This document shows positions 19,130-28,846 of a stretch of DNA of 64,000 nt, one piece after another; position 1 is the stretch's first letter, and each line of letters starts with the position of its first letter. The position numbers and the translations under genes were made by a program. The notes under the pieces are model-generated. The model made no database searches. It was not told where the DNA came from and was given only the letters and a program-made list of their open reading frames with translations. The DNA is from a virus. The stretch lies in IMG/VR virus record IMGVR_UViG_3300021376_002797, positions 31,279-95,278 of that record; one strand, given 5' to 3'.

Positions 19130-19495
19130 ATGTTTAGTAGAAATTTTGAAAAATTATTTAATGAACTATGGTCATCAGATCCATTTTTTAATGGTGATAA
19201 TTGGGAAAGAAAAAACTATAAGTCCGAAGATGGTAGTATTTCATTTACTTACATTACAAACAAACGAGGAGGACTGAATAAACAAGATGAAATATCATTA
19301 TTAAAACAAAAACTTGATATTGCAGTTGATGAACAAAATTTTGAGGAGGCGGTAGAACTCAGAGACAAAATTAAAAATTTAGAGAAAAATAAAGAAGAAT
19401 TTACAAAACTTAATAAAGAACTAGATGAATGTTTAAAAAAACAAGATTTTGAAAATGCAATCAAATTAAGAGATAAAATTAGAAGTTTAAAATAA
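19130..19495 (+). CDS. tandem UVR (UvrB/UvrC motif) protein, McsA-like candidate Clp adaptor
   Basis: AVDEQNFEEAVELRDKI and CLKKQDFENAIKLRDKI. Confidence 0.8.
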   Translation: MFSRNFEKLFNELWSSDPFFNGDNWERKNYKSEDGSISFTYITNKRGGLNKQDEISLLKQKLDIAVDEQNFEEAVELRDKIKNLEKNKEEFTKLNKELDECLKKQDFENAIKLRDKIRSLK

Positions 19496-19517
19496 AAATG
19501 TTCTTATTTTAGTTTTG

Positions 19518-19546
19518 AACCTGTCCGTGAGGATGGGTTTTTTTTT
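19518..19546 (+). terminator. intrinsic terminator
   Basis: AACCTGTCC-GTGA-GGATGGGTT followed by a T run. Confidence 0.7.
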
Positions 19547-19622
19547 GATTTATGGTTTTTTTTATTAATCGTTATATTTATTATAAAAAGATAATAAAAA
19601 AATAAAAATAACAAAAAAAATT

Positions 19623-19937
19623 ATGAAAAGAGTTATTAGATTAACAGAATCAGATCTTACAAGAATTGTAAGACGAGTTATTAAAGAATCAAAAGGGGTT
19701 ATAAATGAGGCGTATGAGCCTGGTGCCACATTCGAAGTGGGCGAAATAACATACACTATTGAAGGTAGAGGCACTTTAGGACCTAATGGAGAACAATGTT
19801 TTTTCACAATGCAATTCAATGGTGGCGGTAAAAGATATGACGTAAGTGAAAAAACAATCAATAATATTCAAGATGCGAATTTAAAAGCGACTCTTCAAAC
19901 TATTATGAGAACAGTAAAGAGAGAAATAGGTTGTTAA
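19623..19937 (+). CDS. IRLTESDL-leader protein (putative head-targeted)
   Basis: MKRVIRLTESDLTRIVRRVIKE..VINE. Confidence 0.65.
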   Translation: MKRVIRLTESDLTRIVRRVIKESKGVINEAYEPGATFEVGEITYTIEGRGTLGPNGEQCFFTMQFNGGGKRYDVSEKTINNIQDANLKATLQTIMRTVKREIGC

Positions 19938-20371
19938 TTTAAGATAAGTAAATTATTTTTATTTGCAAATTTTAAAGTCGTTGAGTTATAATCTTTTTCA
20001 AAATAAAATTGTTTTACACTTTTTTCATTCTTATTAAGATTAATAGTTAAACTAATATATATTTTTGATGAGGGGTCTGAAGATCCCTCATTGTATTTTA
20101 TATTAAATACGTTATAACTAATCGTATCAATTGATAATATTTTATCAACACTTTTGAATTTACCTAGTTTAGTTGTAATTATTTTTTTATCAAAATCAAT
20201 CATAAAAGTTTGATTTATATCAATATTAAATCCATTACCTAATAAATTTTTTTCACCGACATTACCAAAAGATGATGAAAAATTAAAACTGGAAACAATC
20301 ACAAAAATTGATTGGGACATTAAATTAAGTGATGCGATTGTAAATAATAAAGTTAAAATCAAATTTTTCAT
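19934..20371 (-). CDS. exported protein with Sec signal peptide
   Basis: MKNLILTLLFTIASLNLMS-Q; promoter TATATTTG 20412-20405; stop overlaps the partner's stop (TTAA). Confidence 0.7.
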   Translation of the reverse strand: MKNLILTLLFTIASLNLMSQSIFVIVSSFNFSSSFGNVGEKNLLGNGFNIDINQTFMIDFDKKIITTKLGKFKSVDKILSIDTISYNVFNIKYNEGSSDPSSKIYISLTINLNKNEKSVKQFYFEKDYNSTTLKFANKNNLLILN

Positions 20372-20464
20372 GAGGTTTAATTTTTTAGGTGAATAATTAT
20401 ACTACAAATATAATCATTTTTCTTGATTTAAAAAACTTTTCTAATATTTTTAGAATAAAAAATT

Positions 20465-20713
20465 ATGGCAATTAAAAGAACTGATATTAACGGAACCAAA
20501 ATTACTTGTGAAATAGAATCAAGTAACCTTAAAACAACTATATACGACACCGAATCTAATAAATTAATAGTGGAGTTCAAAAACGGATTTAAATACGAAT
20601 ACGATGAGGTCCCCCATAATATCTACGCACAGTTTAGATTATCGGATTCCCAAGGTAAATTTTTCAATACCCAAATTGCAAAAACATTCAAATACAAAAA
20701 ATTAGATAAATAA
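20465..20713 (+). CDS. KTSC domain protein
   Basis: SSNL..YD....L.VEFKNG..YEYDEVP......SDSQGKFFN..I. Confidence 0.85.
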   Translation: MAIKRTDINGTKITCEIESSNLKTTIYDTESNKLIVEFKNGFKYEYDEVPHNIYAQFRLSDSQGKFFNTQIAKTFKYKKLDK

Positions 20714-20735
20714 TTTTCACGCCATATTTATATAC

Positions 20736-21488
20736 ATGGCAAGTTCTGAAAAAATAATAAATAGTTTTTATCTTCAAGACGAATTTAACCCAAATGTGTG
20801 GGATAATTCCGACAATCCAAAAACGGTAAAACTAAAACCTGAAATTAGAGAAAGACTTTTAAGAGTTGCAAATCTTTTTATTGAATTTTTAGATACGGAT
20901 CTTTTTATTCAAGATGTCATTTTTGTAGGTTCACTTGTTGGTTACAATTGGAGTGAATTTTCCGATTTTGACATCCATATATTAATCGATCTTGATGAAT
21001 CAGAAAATAGAGAAATGACAGAAGAGTTGTTCAGACTTAAAAAAACAGTGTTTAACGCAGCTCACGACATTTTTATAAAGGGTTCTGAAACGGAATTATA
21101 TGTACAAGACGCAAATGAAAAAAATGAAAGTCAAGGGGTTTATTCTTTATTAAATGACGAGTGGTTAAAAATACCAAAAAAAGAAAATTTCAAAGTAGAT
21201 AAGAAAAAATTAATGACCAAAGTTGACCAATGGATGGATATTATTGATGGTGTTTTGGAAAATGCCGAAGATGAAGATATTGAAGATGCTGTTAAACTTG
21301 TAAAAAAATATAGAGAAAAATTAAGAAAATATAGAACTTGTGGATTACAAAAAGAGGGTGAATATTCTTATGAAAATTTGGTCTTTAAATTTTTAAGAAG
21401 AAACGGTTATATAGGAAAATTAGAAAACTTTAAAAACGAGTTTATAGATAAAAAACTATCTTTAGAACAAGAAAATAAAGAATACTAA
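20736..21488 (+). CDS. Pol-beta-superfamily nucleotidyltransferase
   Basis: GSLVGYNWSEFSDFDIH (GS..DxD) plus third acidic residue in ELYVQD. Confidence 0.75.
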   Translation: MASSEKIINSFYLQDEFNPNVWDNSDNPKTVKLKPEIRERLLRVANLFIEFLDTDLFIQDVIFVGSLVGYNWSEFSDFDIHILIDLDESENREMTEELFRLKKTVFNAAHDIFIKGSETELYVQDANEKNESQGVYSLLNDEWLKIPKKENFKVDKKKLMTKVDQWMDIIDGVLENAEDEDIEDAVKLVKKYREKLRKYRTCGLQKEGEYSYENLVFKFLRRNGYIGKLENFKNEFIDKKLSLEQENKEY

Positions 21489-21528
21489 ATAAATTACTAT
21501 TTATTGATATATTTATATATAAAAAACT

Positions 21529-21720
21529 ATGCCGACAACTGCTTGTACAGATAATTATTATAACACCGTAGTAGTAGGGTATGTCCCTGGAACAGGTGAT
21601 ACGGTAGGTCAAGTAGTAACATTTACTACACCTAAACCTGAATGGACAGACGCAAATAACCAACAGGCAAAACAGTGTAATGCAGTTGCTCTTGGCGGAT
21701 TTAATGGACTAAACAATTAA
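21529..21720 (+). CDS. small hypothetical late protein
   Basis: TATTTATA and A-rich leader; in line with the head operon. Confidence 0.6.
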   Translation: MPTTACTDNYYNTVVVGYVPGTGDTVGQVVTFTTPKPEWTDANNQQAKQCNAVALGGFNGLNN

Positions 21721-21732
21721 AAAAACAAAAAA

Positions 21733-23061
21733 ATGGCAGATTTAAAACCTTTAGGTAGTGAAAAATTACAAGGTATGGAAAAAATTAACCGTATCATGGA
21801 GATTGCTAGATATAAAGAAACACCTAAAAATTTAGTCAACGAAGTTTCATCAGTTGATTATACTATAACTTTGGCTGACGGTAAGACTTATGGTATAGTT
21901 AAAGAAAAATTAGGTTATATAATTAAAAGTGGATTGAATGAATCAACAATGGATTATGTTGATATTATGAGACACAGAAAACACTACAGGTCATATTCTG
22001 AAGCTATGAAAAAACTAAACTTGATGGCATCTGAAATCAATAGAGTTACAGGTTATGATGAAAATATTTCGTTAATTGGTGAGCAAACTGACTTAAAAAA
22101 AAAATTCGTATTAAAACTTCCTAAACCAAAAGCAGATAAACCCGCTGGAGAAACCACACCACCAGCACCTCCTACTGGTGATATGGGAGCACCACCTGCG
22201 TCTTCTGAACCCCCTGCACCTCCTGCCGGTGATATGGATATGGGTGCACCACCTGCACCTCCTGCCGGTGATATGGATATGGGTGCACCACCTACTGGTG
22301 ATACAGGAACACCACCAACAGACGATATGGGATCACCCAATGATGATAACATGGGAATGCCACCAACAGATGATATGGGAATGGCTGAAACACCTCCACC
22401 CCCTATGGATGATATAGGAATGGAAGACGAAGGTGAAGAAGAGCCACAAGGACCAACTGGTTTAAAATCAATTCAAAAATTAACAGGTAGATTAAGTCAA
22501 AAAATTCGTGCCTTTGAAAAAGAAAAGGGTATGGATTCTCAAGACATTAAATATGTTTTAAATTCAATAATTTCAGCATTAGAACTTGAAAACTTAGACG
22601 AAGACGATAAAGATGATATAATCTCTAAATTTGACGAGTCTGATGAGTATGGTGAAGAAGGTGCAGGAGAATTGGATTTAGGAGATGAAGATACAGGTAT
22701 AGAAGATAATATGGATATGGGTAATGATATGGGAGGTACTCCACCCCCACCACCAGCAAATAATATGATGGAATCAAAAGTAGATAAATTATTAAAATCA
22801 TACTTCAAAATTTCTGAAAAAGAAAAACCAATTTTAGAAGAAAAGAAAAAGAAAGACTTCTTAAAACAAAAACTACAAAGACTTGATGTAAAAAAAGAAT
22901 TTGTAAAATTAAGTGAAAGTTTATCACAATTAGAAGCGGCAAACGAATTTCACAAAAAATATAAAAACGCTAAATTTATTGGTAAAACAAATAAAGAAAA
23001 TTTAGTTTTTGTTGTTGAAGGAAAACAATATAGAATAACACCAAGAGGGAGGGTTATATGA
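21733..23061 (+). CDS. Pro/Asp/Met-rich low-complexity head-region protein
   Basis: PPAGDMDMGAPPA repeats; several L/I-x-E sites. Confidence 0.7.
   Translation: MADLKPLGSEKLQGMEKINRIMEIARYKETPKNLVNEVSSVDYTITLADGKTYGIVKEKLGYIIKSGLNESTMDYVDIMRHRKHYRSYSEAMKKLNLMASEINRVTGYDENISLIGEQTDLKKKFVLKLPKPKADKPAGETTPPAPPTGDMGAPPASSEPPAPPAGDMDMGAPPAPPAGDMDMGAPPTGDTGTPPTDDMGSPNDDNMGMPPTDDMGMAETPPPPMDDIGMEDEGEEEPQGPTGLKSIQKLTGRLSQKIRAFEKEKGMDSQDIKYVLNSIISALELENLDEDDKDDIISKFDESDEYGEEGAGELDLGDEDTGIEDNMDMGNDMGGTPPPPPANNMMESKVDKLLKSYFKISEKEKPILEEKKKKDFLKQKLQRLDVKKEFVKLSESLSQLEAANEFHKKYKNAKFIGKTNKENLVFVVEGKQYRITPRGRVI
22213..22290 (+). repeat. 39-bp tandem duplication in coding sequence
   Basis: CCTGCACCTCCTGCCGGTGATATGGATATGGGTGCACCA x2. 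Confidence 0.9.
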
Positions 23062-23477
23062 ATTTAGTTTATGTTAATGAATTAGGTCCTAACTATAAAG
23101 GTGATAATATATATGAGTTTATATTTTCTGATTTAGATGACGTGTGGGGAGATGATTGGGATGCAGAACCGGCATCAGGAAAACCATCACCTCCTGATAT
23201 TAACTATATAAAAAGAGTTGGGGCATTAAAAAATTCAGAAATTGAGTTAGAATTAATTCAAAACTCGGATTATTTTGGTGTTTACGACGCAATTGACGGT
23301 GTTATATCTTTAGCGTGGGAAAAGAGTGATAGTGATGAGATATTAATTAATAAAAGAAAAAGACTTGTTTTTCAATACGGAGAAAGTGTTGAAAGTGTTG
23401 AAAACAAATTATATGAACGAGACATCGTATTAAAATGGGAAAAAAACTTAGTACAAGATGAAACATATGAATCCTAA
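23058..23477 (+). CDS. hypothetical protein
   Basis: Coupled ORF in head operon (ATGA overlap). Confidence 0.7.
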   Translation: MNLVYVNELGPNYKGDNIYEFIFSDLDDVWGDDWDAEPASGKPSPPDINYIKRVGALKNSEIELELIQNSDYFGVYDAIDGVISLAWEKSDSDEILINKRKRLVFQYGESVESVENKLYERDIVLKWEKNLVQDETYES

Positions 23478-24231
23478 AATGGTTAGACTACTACATGAAG
23501 GGTTTTCTATCTCAACTTTAGAAAACTTAACTGAAGGTCAGTTAAATTTGTTGTATGAAAAGACTAAAAAGGTAAAAAAGGAACCTAAAGAGGCCGAACA
23601 AGTAACAAAAACTATTACCGCAACAAAATATAAACCCGAAGAAATAGCACAGTTTAAAAATCCTGATGGTTCCTATAGCATACCCCAATCTGAAGGGGAA
23701 GTAACGGAAAGAGCAAAATCAAAAAAACAACAACAGTTTTTTGGTATTGTAAGAGGTATGCAAAAAGGAGAAATACCTAAAAAAGGTGAAGCAGGAAAAA
23801 AAGCCAAAGAGATGGATCCTAAAGATGTTAAAGATTTTGCGTCAACAAAACACAAAGGTTTACCAAAAAAAGTTGAATCAAAAGAAGGTTCAGAAAAATT
23901 TATTCAAAAAGCAACTAAAAAAATAGAAAAAAAAGGAACTGAAGGCAAATTCGGTAGATGGTGTAAAAAAGAAGGTTTGGATTCTGACGGTGAAGTTACT
24001 AAAAAATGTATTTCAGCAGCAATGAAATCAGATGATCCTGCGGTTGTTAAAATGGCAAATTTTGCAAAAAACATCGGTGGTTTTAAAGGTTCAGAACACA
24101 AGAAAAAAACAGAGTCAAAAGAAAATGTAAAAAAACTTGAAGAAAACATTTTAAGACTTATTGAAGATTATTTACCTCCACATACAACAAAAGGTGAATT
24201 ATTAAGAACAATTAAAAGTATTAAAAGATAA
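23458..24231 (+). CDS. basic hypothetical protein (DUF3008-like segment)
   Basis: AKSKKQQQFFG and DVKDFASTKHKGLPKKV motifs. Confidence 0.6.
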   Translation: MKHMNPKMVRLLHEGFSISTLENLTEGQLNLLYEKTKKVKKEPKEAEQVTKTITATKYKPEEIAQFKNPDGSYSIPQSEGEVTERAKSKKQQQFFGIVRGMQKGEIPKKGEAGKKAKEMDPKDVKDFASTKHKGLPKKVESKEGSEKFIQKATKKIEKKGTEGKFGRWCKKEGLDSDGEVTKKCISAAMKSDDPAVVKMANFAKNIGGFKGSEHKKKTESKENVKKLEENILRLIEDYLPPHTTKGELLRTIKSIKR

Positions 24232-24234
24232 TGA

Positions 24235-26010
24235 ATGTCTTTATCAAGGGAACAAGCCTTATTGGAATACGCCAAATGTGTAAATGATACTCCTTACGCA
24301 CTTAAAACATATTTACAAACTTACGACAATACACAATCAAAATATGTCCCGTTAGAATTATTTATCGACCAAGTTACGTTAGTAAAGGATTATGATAGTT
24401 ACGAAGAGAACATCGCATTAAAATACCGTCAGGCTGGTGTTTCTACAGTAACATCAGCATGGGCATCAAAGAGGTTGGTATTTGCTAAAAAAGAAAAACC
24501 TGAAAAAATCCTGATAATTGCAAACAAAATGGACACTGCCGTTGAGATGGCAAATAAAGTAAGAGCGTTTGTAGATCAATGGCCGAAATGGATGGGTGTT
24601 GGTTTTTCTGTTGAAAAAAACTCACAAAGACATTTTAAACTAACAAACGGTTGTGAAGTGAAGGCGGTTGCAACATCAAAAGACGCTTTACGTGGTTATA
24701 CACCAACTATATTGATATTTGATGAGGCGGCATATATTAATGCCGACGAAGACTTTTGGTCTGCATGTATGGCGTCTCTTTCAACCGGAGGTAAAGTTAT
24801 AGTAATATCAACACCAAATGGATTCGACCCAATTTATTATTCTATATATAGTCAGTCTGTTAAAGGTATGAATGACTTTAGAATTACTGAAATGTATTGG
24901 TTTAGGGATCCTAGATATTCTAAAGATTTAAAACTCATTAAATGTCGTGATATTGTGCATTATATGTTAAATAGGGCCGACTATAAAGATGAAGAAATAA
25001 CCATTGATTATGGTAACATTAAAGTTAATGAAAGAAACTTTGAAGAAATTAAACAAAAAATAGAAAATGGTGGGTATAAGGCTTATAGTTCATGGTTTGA
25101 GGCCATGGCTAAAAAGTTAAAATTTGATAGAAGGAAAATATCACAAGAACTTGAATGTAACTTCTTAGGTTCAGGAGATAATGTAATTCCTGCAGAAACT
25201 ATGAAAAAAATTAAAGATAAACATATTAAAGAACCTGAAAATAAATTTATGGGTGGAGTTCTATGGCAATGGAAAGAACCTGTTGCCGATCACCGATATA
25301 TAATGGGTATGGACGTTTCACGAGGCGATAGTGAAGATTTTACAACATTTACTATTATTGATTTTGATGAAAGAGAACAGGTTTTGGAATATTTAGGAAA
25401 GGTTCCACCTGATGTTGTGGCAGAAATTGCATATAAATGGGCAACCATGTATAATGCATTTATTGTGACCGATATTACAGGAGGTATGGGTGTTGCAACA
25501 TCAAGAAAACTACAAGAACTAGGATATAAAAATTTATATGTCGATGGAGTGAATCCCACAGATAAATGGAAATGGGACCCTAAAGCAAACGAAAAGATAC
25601 CAGGAATTAATTTTAATTCCAAAAGAGTTCAAATTGTTGCGGCATTTGAAGAAGCGTTAAGACACGATTTTGGTGTTAGGTCTCAAAGATTATATAATGA
25701 ATTAAACACATTTGTTTATGTAAACGGTAGGCCTGATCACCAAAAAGGGCAACACGATGATTTGATTATGTCATTAGCAATGGCTTTATATGTTGCAGAA
25801 ACATCTTTTTCAAAATTAGAAAAAGCAACGGAACACGCAAAGGCAATGATTGATTCGTGGACAACGGATAAAAATGAATATAAAGATTCCTCGGCCAATT
25901 TTAATCCCGGTTTACCTGTTATGACAGGATTACACGAATACTCTAGTGGTCAGGTTAGTAAAAGTGATTATGAAAAGTATTTATGGTTATTCGGAGGAAA
26001 AAGAGTTTAG
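24235..26010 (+). CDS. terminase large subunit (T4 gp17-like)
   Basis: KYRQAGVST Walker A-like, IFDEAA Walker B, STPNG, GMDVSRG and HDDLIM nuclease motifs. Confidence 0.95.
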   Translation: MSLSREQALLEYAKCVNDTPYALKTYLQTYDNTQSKYVPLELFIDQVTLVKDYDSYEENIALKYRQAGVSTVTSAWASKRLVFAKKEKPEKILIIANKMDTAVEMANKVRAFVDQWPKWMGVGFSVEKNSQRHFKLTNGCEVKAVATSKDALRGYTPTILIFDEAAYINADEDFWSACMASLSTGGKVIVISTPNGFDPIYYSIYSQSVKGMNDFRITEMYWFRDPRYSKDLKLIKCRDIVHYMLNRADYKDEEITIDYGNIKVNERNFEEIKQKIENGGYKAYSSWFEAMAKKLKFDRRKISQELECNFLGSGDNVIPAETMKKIKDKHIKEPENKFMGGVLWQWKEPVADHRYIMGMDVSRGDSEDFTTFTIIDFDEREQVLEYLGKVPPDVVAEIAYKWATMYNAFIVTDITGGMGVATSRKLQELGYKNLYVDGVNPTDKWKWDPKANEKIPGINFNSKRVQIVAAFEEALRHDFGVRSQRLYNELNTFVYVNGRPDHQKGQHDDLIMSLAMALYVAETSFSKLEKATEHAKAMIDSWTTDKNEYKDSSANFNPGLPVMTGLHEYSSGQVSKSDYEKYLWLFGGKRV

Positions 26011-26048
26011 TTTAATTTTTATCTGACTATTTTTAAAATAAAAAAAAT

Positions 26049-27842
26049 ATGGCACAAGAAAAATATACGGTTTGGCAAAGGTTAGGTAGAGTGTTCGGTC
26101 CTAATTCAACAATGGACCAACAACCACCTGTTTTTAAATTCGATAAAAAAGAATTATTAAAAACAACAAACAAGCAAGAATATGAAACTGAAAAATTACA
26201 GTCTCAACAAACAATGTACATTGGTAAGCAATGGCAAAAAGTAGAAAGTAATTTATATCAACAAGCGGTTTATTATGAACCAACAAGAATGGCGTCATAT
26301 TATGATTATGAATCTATGGAGTATACTCCTGAGATTTCTGCCGCTTTGGATGTATATGCTGAAGAATCGACTACACCTGACCAAGATGGTTATATTTTAA
26401 GAGTCTATTCAGAATCGAAAAGAATCAAACAAGTGTTAACAGATCTTTTTACAAATAAGTTAGATATAAACACTAATTTACCTATGTGGATAAGAAACAC
26501 ATGTAAATTCGGTGATAATTTTATTTATTTAAAATTGGACCCTGAAAATGGTGTTGTAGGTTGTCAACAATTACCAAATATCCAAATAGAAAGATTGGAA
26601 AAGGGTATGAGATTCCAGCCCGACAAGTATTCACAAGAAATGGAAAATGATGCGTTAAAATTTGTTTGGAAAGAAAAAAACATGGAATTCAACACATGGG
26701 AAATTGGCCATTTTAGAATTTTAGGTGACGATAGAAAATTACCATACGGAACTTCAATGTTAGAAAAAGCGAGACGTATTTGGAAACAATTACTTCTATG
26801 TGAAGATGCCATGTTAATATATCGTTTATCGAGAGCACCTGAAAGAAGAGTTTTTAAAGTATTTGTTGGTAATATGGATGACAAAGATGTTGATGCATAC
26901 GTACAAAAAGTTGCAAGTAAATTTAAAAGAGACCAAATATTAGATTCAAAGACAGGTAATGTGGATATGAGATATAATCAAATGGCGGTTGACCAAGATT
27001 ATTTTATTCCTGTTAGAGATCCAGCAGCATCAAATCCTATAGAAACATTGGCAGGTGCTGCAAACATGGCAGAAATTGCAGATATCGAATATATTCAAAA
27101 GAAATTAGTTACAGCATTAAGAATACCTAAGGCTTATTTAGGTTTTGAAGAAGCGGTTGGTGATGGTAAAAATTTATCATTATTAGATATTAGATTTGCA
27201 AGAACAATTAATAGAATACAAAAATCTATGATTGCAGAATTAAATAAAATTGCAATTATACATTTATTTTTATTAGGATTTGAAGATGAATTAACAAACT
27301 TTACATTATCATTAAATAACCCATCCAAACAAGGTGAATTATTGTCATTAGAGATTTGGAAAGAAAAAATAACACTATATAAAGATGCGACCGCAGAGAT
27401 TGCAAAATCATTATCACCTGTTTCAGCATCTTGGGCTAAAAAACATATATTAGGATTTTCGGATGAAGAAATCAGATTAGATGTTCAACAACAAAGAGTC
27501 GAGCGAGCAGTTTATGCTGAGTTAGAAAAAACTGCAGAAGTTATTACAAAAACAGGTTTATTTGATAATATCGACAAACTTTATGGTAAAAAAGAGGGTG
27601 AACCTGCGGGAGATGCCGCCGCAGCAGGTGCACCACCTGAAGGAGGGGCACCACCACCACCTGAATCAGGAGAAGAAGCACCACCACCACCTGCAATGCC
27701 AACAGAAAGATTAGTTAGAAAAGATTTAGATTTATTATTAGAAGAAACCTTAATTAGTGGTTCTGACTACATGGATTTATCTAAAGGAAGACTATCTTTG
27801 GACTTAATTGATAAAAAATTGAAAGATTTAATCGATAAGTAA
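26049..27842 (+). CDS. portal protein (T4 gp20-like)
   Basis: EDAMLIYRLSRAPERRVFKV, DYFIPVR, ALRIPKAYL. Confidence 0.95.
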   Translation: MAQEKYTVWQRLGRVFGPNSTMDQQPPVFKFDKKELLKTTNKQEYETEKLQSQQTMYIGKQWQKVESNLYQQAVYYEPTRMASYYDYESMEYTPEISAALDVYAEESTTPDQDGYILRVYSESKRIKQVLTDLFTNKLDINTNLPMWIRNTCKFGDNFIYLKLDPENGVVGCQQLPNIQIERLEKGMRFQPDKYSQEMENDALKFVWKEKNMEFNTWEIGHFRILGDDRKLPYGTSMLEKARRIWKQLLLCEDAMLIYRLSRAPERRVFKVFVGNMDDKDVDAYVQKVASKFKRDQILDSKTGNVDMRYNQMAVDQDYFIPVRDPAASNPIETLAGAANMAEIADIEYIQKKLVTALRIPKAYLGFEEAVGDGKNLSLLDIRFARTINRIQKSMIAELNKIAIIHLFLLGFEDELTNFTLSLNNPSKQGELLSLEIWKEKITLYKDATAEIAKSLSPVSASWAKKHILGFSDEEIRLDVQQQRVERAVYAELEKTAEVITKTGLFDNIDKLYGKKEGEPAGDAAAAGAPPEGGAPPPPESGEEAPPPPAMPTERLVRKDLDLLLEETLISGSDYMDLSKGRLSLDLIDKKLKDLIDK

Positions 27843-27863
27843 TATTTATATATAAAAAATATT

Positions 27864-28595
27864 ATGAGTACTTTTGGGAACATCAAAACAAACATAGAAA
27901 ATACTGCGGTAGAATTGGCTAAAAAATCAAGTTTTAAAAGATTTATTAGTGAATTCAATTGGTTAGTTTTAAAAAATAAAGACCTTTCTGAGTTATACTA
28001 CATTTATGATGATTTATCATCTAAAAACGGAATATCGGAAGACATTGCAAATGAATACATCAATGAATCTATAGAATATTCACAAATATTAATAGAAAAT
28101 CAAACAAGAAACATTAACCAATTAAATCTTTGGATTAACTCTTGGAATGAATCAATAGAAAATAATTACTCAGACATAGACAATGCAATTTATAAAAATG
28201 GGATAAAAAATTTAGAGTCAATTTTAGAATCCAAAAAAAATATTAAAAATATTATAACAAAAGAAGAAAAAATAAAAAACATTACTAAAAGTGTAAAAAT
28301 ACCAATTTCTTCTATGGTGAAAATTGCTAACCAAAATTTAAAAAAGGAAGTTGAAAATTTAAATGAAAACGATAAAAAAGAATTACAAGAAGTTTTAAAT
28401 TTAACTAACGAGGATTTAAAAGAAAATTTCAATAACTTGAAAAAAGTGGTGTTGGAAAATTTGAAAGGGTCTATTAACGAATCAACTGATAGTGATTTAC
28501 AAAACACCATAAATGAAACAATTAATAAGATTAAGGAATCTAAATGTAGTCATTATGATTATTATAAATTAAAAAAATTAAATTCAGGATTATGA
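27864..28595 (+). CDS. hypothetical head-region protein
   Basis: 243-aa ORF after portal with TATTTATA. Confidence 0.7.
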   Translation: MSTFGNIKTNIENTAVELAKKSSFKRFISEFNWLVLKNKDLSELYYIYDDLSSKNGISEDIANEYINESIEYSQILIENQTRNINQLNLWINSWNESIENNYSDIDNAIYKNGIKNLESILESKKNIKNIITKEEKIKNITKSVKIPISSMVKIANQNLKKEVENLNENDKKELQEVLNLTNEDLKENFNNLKKVVLENLKGSINESTDSDLQNTINETINKIKESKCSHYDYYKLKKLNSGL

Positions 28596-28846
28596 TAAAA
28601 TTTTTCAAATCATTACTCGGTTCGGGCACCCAAACACTTTCTTCAAAAAGATTTACAGGAATTATTTGTGTTATTTCGTTAGTTATTGCACTATTTGTTT
28701 CTATGTTTTCTGGAGGTAAATATTGTGCTAACGACGGATTGGTTGAGGTAGTTGGTTTATTAGCATTCGGGTCTTTGGGATTAACCTCAACAGAGTCTAT
28801 TTTTGGAAAAAAATACGACAGTGATAAAAATCAAGAATCCAATTGA
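28592..28846 (+). CDS. small two-TM membrane protein (holin-like)
   Basis: SSKRF followed by two hydrophobic helices. Confidence 0.55.
   Translation: MIKFFKSLLGSGTQTLSSKRFTGIICVISLVIALFVSMFSGGKYCANDGLVEVVGLLAFGSLGLTSTESIFGKKYDSDKNQESN

Noticed and set aside
9258-19700. Diversity-generating retroelement or CRISPR-like repeats from the recurring leader sequences
   Set aside because: Differences are mostly synonymous and not adenine-specific, there is no reverse transcriptase, and there is no regular repeat-spacer period.
24235-26010. Intein or intron in terminase
   Set aside because: Continuous ORF of normal length with no splice motifs.
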